Of a DNA stretch of 64,000 nt, positions 12,627-23,900 are shown one piece after another. Location of the stretch: NCBI RefSeq assembly GCF_018977255.1, contig NW_024704742.1, positions 52,764,001-52,828,000 of the forward strand. The letters run 5' to 3'. Every line of letters starts with the position of its first letter. Position 1 is the stretch's first letter. The position numbers and the translations under genes were made by a program. Source of the stretch: Callorhinchus milii (Eukaryota). The notes under the pieces are model-generated. The model saw nothing but the letters and a program-made list of their open reading frames with translations, was not told the DNA's origin and did no database searches.

Positions 12627-14325
12627 GGGGGGGCTGGGGGGTCAGGGCTGGGGGCTGGGGATCAGGGCTGGGGGGGGGGGATCAGGGCTGGGGGGTGGGG
12701 ATCAGGGCTGGGGGGGTGGGGATCAGGGCTGGGGGGTGGGGGCTGGGGGGTGGGGCTGGGGGGTGGGGATCAGGGCTGGGGGGGTGGGGCTGGGGGGTGG
12801 GGATCAGGGCTGGGGGGTGGGGATCAGGGCTGGGGGGTGGGGATCAGGGCTGGGGGGTGGGGATCAGGGCTGGGGGGTGGGGATCAGGGCTGGGGGGTGG
12901 GGATCAGGGCTGGGGGGTGGGGATCAGGGCTGGGGGGGTGGGATCAGGGCTGGGGGGGTGGGATCAGGGCTGGGGGGGGTGGGGGATCAGGGCTGGGGGG
13001 TGGGGGGTGGCGATCAGGGCTGGGGGGTGGGGGCTGGGGGTGGGGGTGGGGATCAGGGCTGGGGGGTGGGGATCAGGGCTGGGGGGTGGGGATCAGGGCT
13101 GGGGGGTGGGGGGTGGGGGCTGGGGTTCAGGGCTGTGGGGGCTGGGGGGTGGGGATCAGGGCTGGGGGGGTGGGGATCAGGGCTGTGGGGGTGGGGATCA
13201 GGGCTCTGGGGGGTGGGGATCAGGGCTGGGGGGTGGGAGGTGGGGATCAGGGCTGGGGGGGTGGGGATCAGGGCTGGGGGGGTGGGATCAGGGCTGGGGG
13301 GTGGGGGGTGGGATCAGGGCTGGGGGTGGGGGCTGGGGGTGGGGGTGGGGATCAGGGCTGGGGGGTGGGGATCAGGGCTGGGGGGTGGGGGTGGGGATCA
13401 GGGCTGGGGGTTGGGGGGTGGGGGCTGGGGGGGGTGGGGATCAGGGCTGGGGGGTGGGGGTGGGGATCAGGGCTGGGGGGTTGGGGGGTGGGGGCTGGGG
13501 GGGTGGGGATCAGGGTTGCGGGGTGGGGGCTGGGGGGTGGGGGTGGGGATCAGGGCTGGGGGGTGGGGCTGGGGTTCAGGGCTGTGGGGGCTGGGGGGTG
13601 GGGATCAGGGCTGGGGGGGTGGGGATCAGGGCTGTGGGGGTGGGGATCAGGGCTCTGGGGGTGGCGATCAGGGCTGGGGGGTGGGAGGTGGGGATCAGGG
13701 CTGGGGGGTGGGGATCAGGGCTGGGGGGGTGGGATCAGGGCTGGGGGGTGGGGGGTGGCGATCAGGGCTGGGGGGTGGGGCTGGGGGTGGGGGTGGGGAT
13801 CAGGGCTGGGGGGTGGGGATCAGGGCTGGGGGTGGGGGTGGGGATCAGGGCTGGGGGTTGGGGGGTGGGGCTGGGGGGGTGGGGATCAGGGCTGGGGGGT
13901 GGGGGTGGGGATCAGGGCTGGGGGGTTGGGGGTTGGGGGCTGGGGGGGTGGGGATCAGGGCTGCGGGGTGGGGGCTGGGGGGGTGGGGGTGTGGATCAGG
14001 GCTTGGGGGGTGGGGGCTGGGGGGGTGGGGGTGGGGATCAGGGCTGGGGGGGGGTGGGGGTGGGGATCAGGGCTGGGGGGGTGGGGGTGGGGATCAGGGC
14101 TGGGGGGTGGGGGCTGGGGATCAGGGCTGGGGGGTGGGGGCTGATGATCAGGGATGGGGCGGTGGGGGCTGGTGACAAGAGATGGGGGGCCTGGGAGCTG
14201 GTGACAAGGATGGGGGAGTGAGGGCTGGGCTGGGAGCTGGTGACAAGGATGGGGGAGTGGGGGCTGGGCTGGGAGCTGGTGACAAGGATGGGGGAGTGGG
14301 GGCTGGGCTGGGAGCTGGTGACAAG
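12627..14325 (+). repeat. G-rich minisatellite (unit ~GGGCTGGGGGGTGGGGATCAG, ~55 copies) followed by 3-4 copies of a 40-bp unit
   Basis: Read directly from the sequence; extreme G skew. Confidence 0.95.
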
Positions 14326-14835
14326 ACCATTAACATTTGTGGTAATATTTTTATGGATTGAACATTTAACGCAGTCACACTCTTTAAAGTAATTGCAAGT
14401 TATTGTAGTTTTTAGTCAGGTTGTTTTCACAGGGCAGAATTCCATCTTACTTGACTTGCAAGTACCCAGATTTGCACATGGAGTTAAGATTGGCACTTTT
14501 TAATATTTGTAATGTACTTAGATATTGACATGTATCTGTTTTAGAATTACATTTGTGGATTTGACTTTGATATTGTAGCAAACATATGAAAGATTTTGAG
14601 TGAGAACTTAATGTCAGCAAAATTACTTTATCAAACAGCAATTACTTCTTGAAATTTATTAAGGCTTCTTTGCTGACTTCAGATTTGCTCATTTCATAAT
14701 TCTTATGAATCAACAACTCAATGATGGGGAAAAAGCATGATTTCAACCCAATGTGTCTTCAGTTTTTAACATGGTCTACTGCTGTAAAAACAACAACTGA
14801 TAATTCATGCAAAACTTTATTTGTCAGTTTTCAAA

Positions 14836-14959
14836 ATGACTGCGATCAAGCATGCTTTGCAAAGAGATATCTTCACTCCAAATGATGAACGATTGCTCAG
14901 CATTGTTAATGTCTGCAAGGCAGGCAAGAAAAAGAAAAACTGCTTTCTGTGTGCTACAG
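14836..14959 (+). CDS. EXOC1: EXOC1 first coding exon
   Basis: [13 protein letters not shown]...CFLCAT; donor G|GTACGT. Confidence 0.96.
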
Positions 14960-17900
14960 GTACGTTCTATAATCTTAGAAATAGCCCTAATACCACAATG
15001 TTGCATTTAATCTTAGTGAAATGACTAACCCATTAATAACAAAAGGTTTAATTTACAGCAAGTCTTAATATCTGTGCCTGTTGTGAATTGTGAGCTCTTT
15101 GCACTTCAGGTTCCTATCTATATTATATAAATTAAAGCAAATAGAAACTGGTAGAGAATTAGTTTTGTCATAAAATAATTCAGGGTATGTGAAACAAACT
15201 ATCAGTACCTGGTGGAACATGGAACTATAAAGATTTTCAAAAAGGAACTGGAAAATTTCTGAAATTAAAAGGATTCGGCGGTATGTGATGTTGAATAAAT
15301 CTTGTATGAAGTTGGACGGGTTGGCTAGAGGGAGGAATGATCTGCTTCTGTCTGAAACATACCACAGTGGAGCCCGATAGCACAATAACTGGTGTGCATA
15401 AAATCCCAACTTGTGTTATAACGGTAGTGTTTCATTCTCTGCATGTGTACAGAAAACCTCAAAATGCCAGCTGGCTTTTCATACGTTAAAAATGGCTGAC
15501 TTCTGAATCATTGGGTTGCTGCAGGAAATTAGGTTTTTCATAATTATTAATAATTGGCCAAATGTTTGTGACCTTGTCAAGGGTTGCATGTTAGAAATTC
15601 CTGTGTATGGAAAGAATGCGCACTTCCAGGAGAGAGTGCACATCCCATTGCAGGCATGGGCATTTCCATCTGTAGGTAGCATGCGTGGAACTCTGTCTGG
15701 TTTGGATACTCTTAAAACATGGTGATGGGTTTCTGCATGTGTGAGATACCCATCAGGCAAAAAAAAAGACAATGAACTGTTCTCAAACATCAGACATTTT
15801 ACCTATCAGACTGGGACTAAAATTATAATCAAGTTCTTAATTGTTCCAGAACAATATCAGAAATGTTCACAAAATCAAAAATTATTGACCTTTAAACGTT
15901 TGGTTCTTTTCAGTAACAACTGAGCGACCAATCCAAGTAAATGTCGTGAAAGTGAAGAAATCTGATAAGGGAGACTTCTACAAACGCCAGACAGCGTGGG
16001 TCCTGCGAGACCTAGCTGTGGTCGATGCCAAAGATGCGAATAAGGTGAGATGTGAGATAATTTAAGTCCTGAATAGAGACTTGTGCTCTATTAAATTACT
16101 GTTAAAAGCATCTTATCCCTGTTGGGAATCGAACCCAGGTCGAACCCAGTGCTCTAACCACTGAGCTACAGATCATGTTTTGGTATTGCTGATTAACAAA
16201 ACTCAGTGTGACCCAGCAGCTTCTGGTAAATTATTAGACTTTTAATAAGTTCTCAGTTATGTTGATACATGAGCCATTTTGTTTTGGAGTACATATGGAG
16301 GCCTGTGGTTCAATGGTTAGAGGACTCACCTCGCAAGTGAAAGACCTGGGTTTGATTCCCGGGCAGGGCAAAACAGTGGGCAAGTTTCCTTCCTCCACAC
16401 ACCTCTGTTTACGTAGCACTAAAAAGGAACCCAGTCGTTAGTCGATCGGTGGTAATAATTCCTTCAGAAAATATAAAAATAATGAATTGCTCACTCAATC
16501 CATGACTTTTTGTGGGACACTGCTGTGCGCAATTGGCTGCCGCGATTCCCCCACAAAAATACAGTCAATTCACTTTACAGTATGCAAGAATTATTTATTA
16601 TTACATAGGAACAGCGAGAAGTGAATAATCATTAAGCAGTGTTTCTTACCATCTTGGCAAATAACAGTGATTATCAGAGAGATAACACCATGATTTTAAA
16701 TGGGTTTGCAATCTAGGCCACTCTTACTGATTATGGGTACCAGTCAGCAAAGCATCAGCGGTGCTTTCTATTAATCTAAATACACCAGTGAATCAGATAA
16801 AGGCATATTTAAAATGGATCTCAAGTGCAGCTACGCTGATCGTCAACTTGGATGTTCTAATATTCCATTTGTGATACTTCTGACTGACCAAATTCTTGTC
16901 TTCCATACTTCCAGGAAAATCCAGAGTTTGACTTGCATTTTGAAAAAGTTTATAAATGGGTTGCTAGCAGCACGGCAGAAAAAAATTCTTTTATCTCCTG
17001 TATTTGGAAACTTAATCAACGATACCTTCGCAAGAAGATTGAATTTGTCAACGTTAGCTCACAATTATTGGAAGGTAAGTCCTGATATGGATGTGAAAAA
17101 TCTCAATGGAGAATTTGAACGCATCATCTAATTTAAACCAGAACAAAAAAATCCTTATTGTGTTTTGAGTATAGTGATGATTGAATCATTGAGCACGATT
17201 GGTTTCTGTGCAGTTACTTTCTTACACTCCTGTGTGGATGTTTCATGTTAGGGTAATGCAAATTGACTGCTGAAATTGAAGGTTATAAAAACATATCTAT
17301 CAGTAGTAGATTGAACTTCTCTCCAGGCTTGCAAAATAACTAGTGTCTTTGGGATACTGATGATTTCTACATAACAATTCTGCTTCTGGTCCAGTTTTTC
17401 ATTAATATATTTTTGTGGTTATTTAGAAAAAGGGAAACGTTTCCATTAAATGTAATAGAATATAGTATTTTATTTCATGGTGCTAAAAGATAGTGTGTGG
17501 TGTATTGAATCTTTTTAATTGCTGAGCCATCAAATTAATGCCTCTTTATGGTATTATTGAATTGCTTTTATTCATATTTGCCTTCTAAGTCTGTCTTCTT
17601 TAGTAAACTTGAGGCAGGATTATTTTAATGTTTCTTCTGCTTTACCTGAAGTCCCAGTGTTAATAGGTGGATGTGAGACATCAGAATAATATGGAACCTT
17701 TTAAAGATTTAGATGGCTGTATTACTGTCTGTTGCTATGATTCCTTGCTTATCTTCCTTTAACCCACTTTCTCCATTCTTTCTTTGCAAAGAACTTCCTA
17801 AAGTTACAGAAGGTTGGTAATATTTTCTTACTTTTTTCTTCCTAATGCATTTCTGCTATTTGTGTGCTTTCTCATCAAGTGCAGCACAGGGGTTCAAATA

Positions 17901-20900
17901 ACATTTAAGAATATTTTCTGGAAAATCTTACATCCCGTTGCTTCCTCCTTTTCCCCCTTTCTGAGCCTCCTCTATGAGACATTCTTGAATAAAGTATCAA
18001 GCTTATACAGGGTTAGGATATTAGCTTTTGAGTTTTCTTTCCGATTCTATTGACCTCTTAAGTTGAACTTTACCATTTCATTTAAGAAGTCGTTTGTTCA
18101 TGTGGTGCAACTGCAAACCAGCAATACTTTAAAATAATGATTTAAGTAGCCTGTTGTATTTTTCTGATTTTAAAAGAAGCAATTGTAGGATTAGGGACTT
18201 TTACTGTTAAGGAATTACTCCAGACATGTTCCTTTAAGTAGCGCTTAATACTTTCCAGAATTACGTAAGCAGAAAGCGTCCCTCCTGGGAGAGAATGTGC
18301 ATTCCATTCCCACAATCTATCTGGAATTTCCATGTGTAGGTGAGATGCATGGAAATGTCAGCTTGGTTTGGATACTCTTCAGCATGGTGATGGGCTTCTA
18401 CATGTTTCAGACACCCGGCTGACCTAAGGAAAAATTATCTTTTCTTTCATTACCCCACCTTCCCCCCTCCAATCCAGTCATCATTTTAAAAGTCAGCATT
18501 TAAGCTGCTTGTTGTGTGAAGTAGATGCATTTAAAAAATCAAAGGTGGTCTCTCAAAGTAGGATCTCCATAGGAGGTCTATTTTCTAAGGTTTTGCTACT
18601 CCAATTAAAATTGAAAACTAATAGCAATCATGAGTGCCATTGCTTACCAAAGAGATCACTTGCTGACTTGGCAGGAGTGCATCAACCTCTGCCACACACC
18701 ATTGCTGTTGAGAGTTGTACGTTTGATTTATGACTTAACTTTTTATTATGTTTTGACAGTCAGAAGCTGCCTATTGACATTTTAACTTAGACCACACAAA
18801 AGGCTTGTGCTAAATATTTGCAGCTGGTTTCACAATTTTGGAAAGGAGGCCAAACAAACCTGTGTTGATTTTCTGCTATCTGTTTGGTTCACACTTTGTA
18901 TCCATTCGAGCTGGTCAGTACAAAAAAAAGTGTATAGGAAGAATCATTTTTATACATAGGTGTTACCCATGTTATTTTAGGAATGTATAGGAATTACCCA
19001 TGTTATTTTCATACATTGATAGGAATTACCCGATGTTATATTCGCGCATAGGAATTACCCATATCATTGACTGGCTTTTGTTAATGTGGTACAAGTTTTG
19101 AAAGTTCAGAAATGTATTTAAAATAATTCTTATGTTTTATATTTTGTTGTTGAGGTTTTTCTGAATTGATGCAAATGAAAGTAATTAGAAATTCTCACAT
19201 TCCAAATATACAGGTAGTTTCAGTAATCGCAATGTAAAATAAAATCACCAGCTATTCAAAAAATAACTTAGTAACTTGGGCAAATTCATGCAAAAATGAT
19301 CAAACTTCCTTTTTTTTTATAGATTGTATTTTTGTGATTGAAAATAGTTATTGAAAATGGTATTACCCACAGAAATGGTTTTAAACTATAGGATTCTTAA
19401 CTCTGTGCTAAAGATTTTTTAAAAAATAATTACGTTGAGTTGTGGTATAAGCAGCTTTTGATACTCCACACGAGTCTCCGGCCACTTCTTACTCTTTCCC
19501 AAAGCCTTCTATTCCCCTTCTCTCTTGTGGTCTAACTTCCTCTTGACTGCATCTGAATCCAGCACCGCTTCAGTCAGCGAGTTCCACAATCTCACTAGTC
19601 TCTGGGTGAAGTAGTTCCTCTTTAATTCTCATTATAATAATAATAATAATAATCCTTGCATTTGATATAGCGCTTTTCACGTCGGGAGGACGTCCCAAAG
19701 CGCTTCACAGAACACACTGTAAAGTGAATTGACTGTATATTTGTGGGCGAACGCGGCAGCCAATTGCGCACAGCAATGTCCCACAAACAGTCGTAGATTG
19801 AAAATGACCAATTTATTATTGTTTTTTTTATTTTGGAGGGAATATTATTAGGCTCTGTGTGGAGTAAGGAAACTTGCCCAAGGTTTTTCCCTGCCAGGAA
19901 TTGAACTCAGGTCTCTCGCTTGCAAAGTGAGTGCTCTAACCACTGAGCTACAGGACTCCACGCGGCAGAGTTTGGGTATACTAGATCTGCAGCACACTGT
20001 TGCACTCACTTAAAACTATCAAACTCATTTCCTGCACGTCAACAACAATATTACCGACAAGAAATACTGAAGATCGCCTACGGTGCCAGTAGGTGAGGGT
20101 AGTGGTGGGTGGGGAGAGGAGGAGGAGGTAGGGAGGGAGGGAGGAAAGGGGCATGGTCCTGAAGTACAGGACTGTATTCAAAGATACTGAATTCCACAGG
20201 AAACCAGATGAATGTCACGTTGATCATTGGGAAGGTCGCTTCGATACCAAACCCGGCCACGTGTGTTGAAGCCAAATTTGATAACAGAGCTCTTCACCCA
20301 GCAGAAATTGTCTGTTTGGTACACAAATGTCCACAATCGAACCCCTTTCAGTTTGATACTTGCTTTCCATTTTGTAGGCAGTTAGGACCTTGCACTTATT
20401 TGAACCCCTGAGTACAGTGTGAATCCATTACGTTAATTGCTTTTAGTTTTGGCTTTCATATCTAGGGCTTCTTGAAATGTTGCACAAACCAAGATACTAA
20501 TAAATACTGGCTTTAGTTGTTAACCCATTGAACCCTTGATGCTCTTTTAAAATGCACACACATTTCCTGTTGTGTAATGTGCATGAGTGTTTTTTATACA
20601 GTAGAATTGTAGCAATATGTGGTATACTGTAACAAATAGTAATTAACAGGATTCCTGAAATAAATAAACTTTTTGTGAGAGACAGATAATAGCTGATTTT
20701 CTGTGTCGCATTGTTCAATAGCATTAAAATAAGCCATAAATAAGTGGACCTGAGTGTTTTATCCTCCCAATTGAAGGAACATATTGTGCTAAATAATAAT
20801 CCTTGCATTTGATATAGTGCCTTATCATGTCTTCAAGACATCTCAAAGAGCTTCACAGAATATACTGTAAAGTGAATTAACTGTATTTTGTGGACAAAAC

Positions 20901-23900
20901 AGGATTCCTAAAATAAACAAATGACATGGGGGGATGTTTGTTTGTATATTAACTCGTATTCCAAACAACTTTTTTGAATTTTTTTTGAAAAATATATTTA
21001 CTATATGTGCAAAGAGAAGACTTTTATCAACACTATTTTTAAACCTTGATAGAGCACACTTATTCATGCAAATTATCAAAGAAAAGAGATTTTGGAATAC
21101 TTTGTTATACTACATTTTAGGTATAAAATTCAGGCCTAAAGTACAGGTTCCTTCCCTGCAGATACTAAAGAAAAGCTATTGGTCTCCTATTTGCTATTTT
21201 CATCTGCATCCGGTAACCAGTCTGGTTTCTTCTTTCCTTAATAAGAAAGAGAAGTAATTAATTCCAATTATGCCATAGTCATCACTTTTTTTGGCCCGAC
21301 ATCAAACTACTGTGCTAAATGAGCCTAAAATTCAATGTTCATAAACAGGAAGTTAATTATTGCTTTCTAATTTGATAATATCAGGTTATAGCATTTACAA
21401 TCCTAAACCAGCCAAACCAAACAAATTGCTATTCAAAATCCAGTTAGGGACTGATTGTGTTTTACTTGCTGCCCTTTTACCGGTTTGAGTTCATGTGTTT
21501 TGTGTAAGTTACAATTAGCAACTCGATTTCAGCTTGAGAATATTGTATTTTGGACCCTACTGTCAACTCAGTTTAGCTTCAGAGGTACCAAATAAGATCA
21601 GTAATTACATAATTTACAAACTTTAGAATCGGAACACAATCTTTAATTGTGCTGTATTCTAAAGTGTGATTAATTGAAATTGTTTTACCTATTTTCCTAA
21701 AGAATCTGTTCCAAGTGGTGAAAATCAGAGTGTGGCTGGTGGGGACGAGGAATCCTTGGACGAATATCAGGAGCTGAATGCAAAAGAAGAACAAGACATA
21801 GAGATAATGATGGATGGATGTGAATATGCTATCTCAAATGCTGAAGCTTTCGCAGAAAAACTTTCTAGCGAACTACAGGTGTTGGATGGGGTGAGTATTA
21901 GAATGTGAAGAGAAGTTACTATAATGTTATTTTAGGTGAGACAATTTTGCATATGGTTTGTTTGAAATCTGAAGATCACATTGTGTTCTGCAGTGATTTT
22001 TATTCATTTATTCCTCCGAAAGCTGAGGCTTTTTGGTATGGATGAGCCACTTCAGGGGGGAGGGGTGGCGGGGTGGGGGGTAGTAGGGTTACTCTAGGGT
22101 ACCTCCTCAGATTGCTTTACAGAACAGTAATGGTAGATATCTGAAAGCTGGTTGTCTGCCTGTGATCACATTAATGTACCTGTGAAGGGTAAGTACTTGG
22201 CCCTCAAAATTGATTGACCAAAATAATAAAACCTTTTCAATGGTTAAGTACTGTCTTCTACATTAATTCTTGGAGTTGCCTTATTTCTGAAGTATCATAC
22301 CAGCCCTTACGTTAACTGTACAAACTCCTGACCTTCTCTGTGGTTTTTCCCCTTTTATCTTTAGGCCAACATCCAGTCAATCATGGCTTCAGAAAAGCAG
22401 GTGAATATTCTGATGCAGCTGCTGGACGAGGCACTTAAAGAGGTGGATCAGATTGAACATAAACTGAGCAGCTATGAAGAGATGCTGCAAAGCGTAAAAG
22501 AGCAAATGGACCATATCTCACAGAGCAACGACCTGATCCAGCTCAGTAACACTAACAACCTGAAGCTCCTGGAAGAGATAGAATTTCTAGTAGTAAGTGA
22601 ACTCTCCTTTCTGTTATACCCAACTTCTTTTTCCTTCAATTCTACAAGTTTAAATCCTGTAGGAGTGGTCTATTATCCTGAAATACTCTGATAACCTAGA
22701 CTTCAACAACACAACTGAATCAAACCTTCTTGATCAATGAAAAAGGACAAAGTGAGTTTGTGAACTATTAAACCATGAGATCTTAGAGTTCATTAAAGCT
22801 AATTTTTCACCAGATAAATCTTTATATATTTTTGATTCTGTAAATTGAAGTGATTGAACACAGTGAATAAATTGCAGTACGTTGTATACTGATATGATTG
22901 TTTTGTGTGACTTTTACTGTGTACTGCTGTTACAAAAAGTTTTAAAAAGCTGCATCTATTGCTGTCCTATTAGTTTTACACTTGGAGAAAGTGATCGAAC
23001 ACATCAGATTGGAATTGCCTTTTCAATTCAAATCTGCTCTTTTTTAATCCTGTTTTTGGTCAGAGTAGCCCCATCAACAGTATATTGTTGCTGTTCTCGT
23101 TCACTTCACATGCAAACTAATCAGGAGGCACTTCCTTGGACAAAAGCCAATCTATTAGGAATAGATAGAAGAAACAGATTTTGAGAAGCGTATTCAGTGC
23201 AGTTTGAACAGAAAAAGTGAAGGAAACTGAGATTGGAGCAATAAATTACCACTGAACGTAAGTCAAAACATATTTTAAAAAAAGTTGTGAAAAGCAATTA
23301 TTTAGCTCTAATATGTATTGTAGAGAAGTAGTGCACAATATTTTTAACATTGTTTTTTCAAACTTTAAGTATAAAAGCTGTCTTACTGCAATATTTTAGA
23401 CTCCACTGTTTGAAATGGGATCCAATGTGTTTAATTTCCATTTACAGAATCATTTGGATCTATCCAAGGGTCATATTAAAGCCCTCACAGATGGGGATCT
23501 TTCTTCTTCTAAAGGCATTGAAGCATGCACGAACGCTGCAGAAGCCCTCTTGCAATGCATGAATATAGCCCTTCGCCCAGGTATTGTAACTATAGTTGTA
23601 TAAGTGGATGCTTAGTATCATTACAACTGGAGATCAGTTAATTTATCTTAACTATTCTATGCAATATTACCCAATTTCAAGAAAAAGCTCAGAACTCCAG
23701 ACTGGAAAATTAGGCTCTTAATGACTAATTTTTTTGGAATAATGGTTGTTTCCAAACTGTGGCAATCCTGAGGCCCTGTGAAGTGAGCTGCAGATAAATC
23801 TTGAGGTCCTTTTTTGGATTCATTTTAGTCTAAACCATAATAGCATTCCGAAGGGACCGTTCCCTTCGTGACTCCCTGGTTCATTCCTCCCATCACCACC

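Noticed and set aside
12457..14221. Gly/Trp-rich ORFs of 464-572 aa
   Set aside because: All three frames are open because the G-rich repeat lacks stop codons; intronic, with no domain-like sequence
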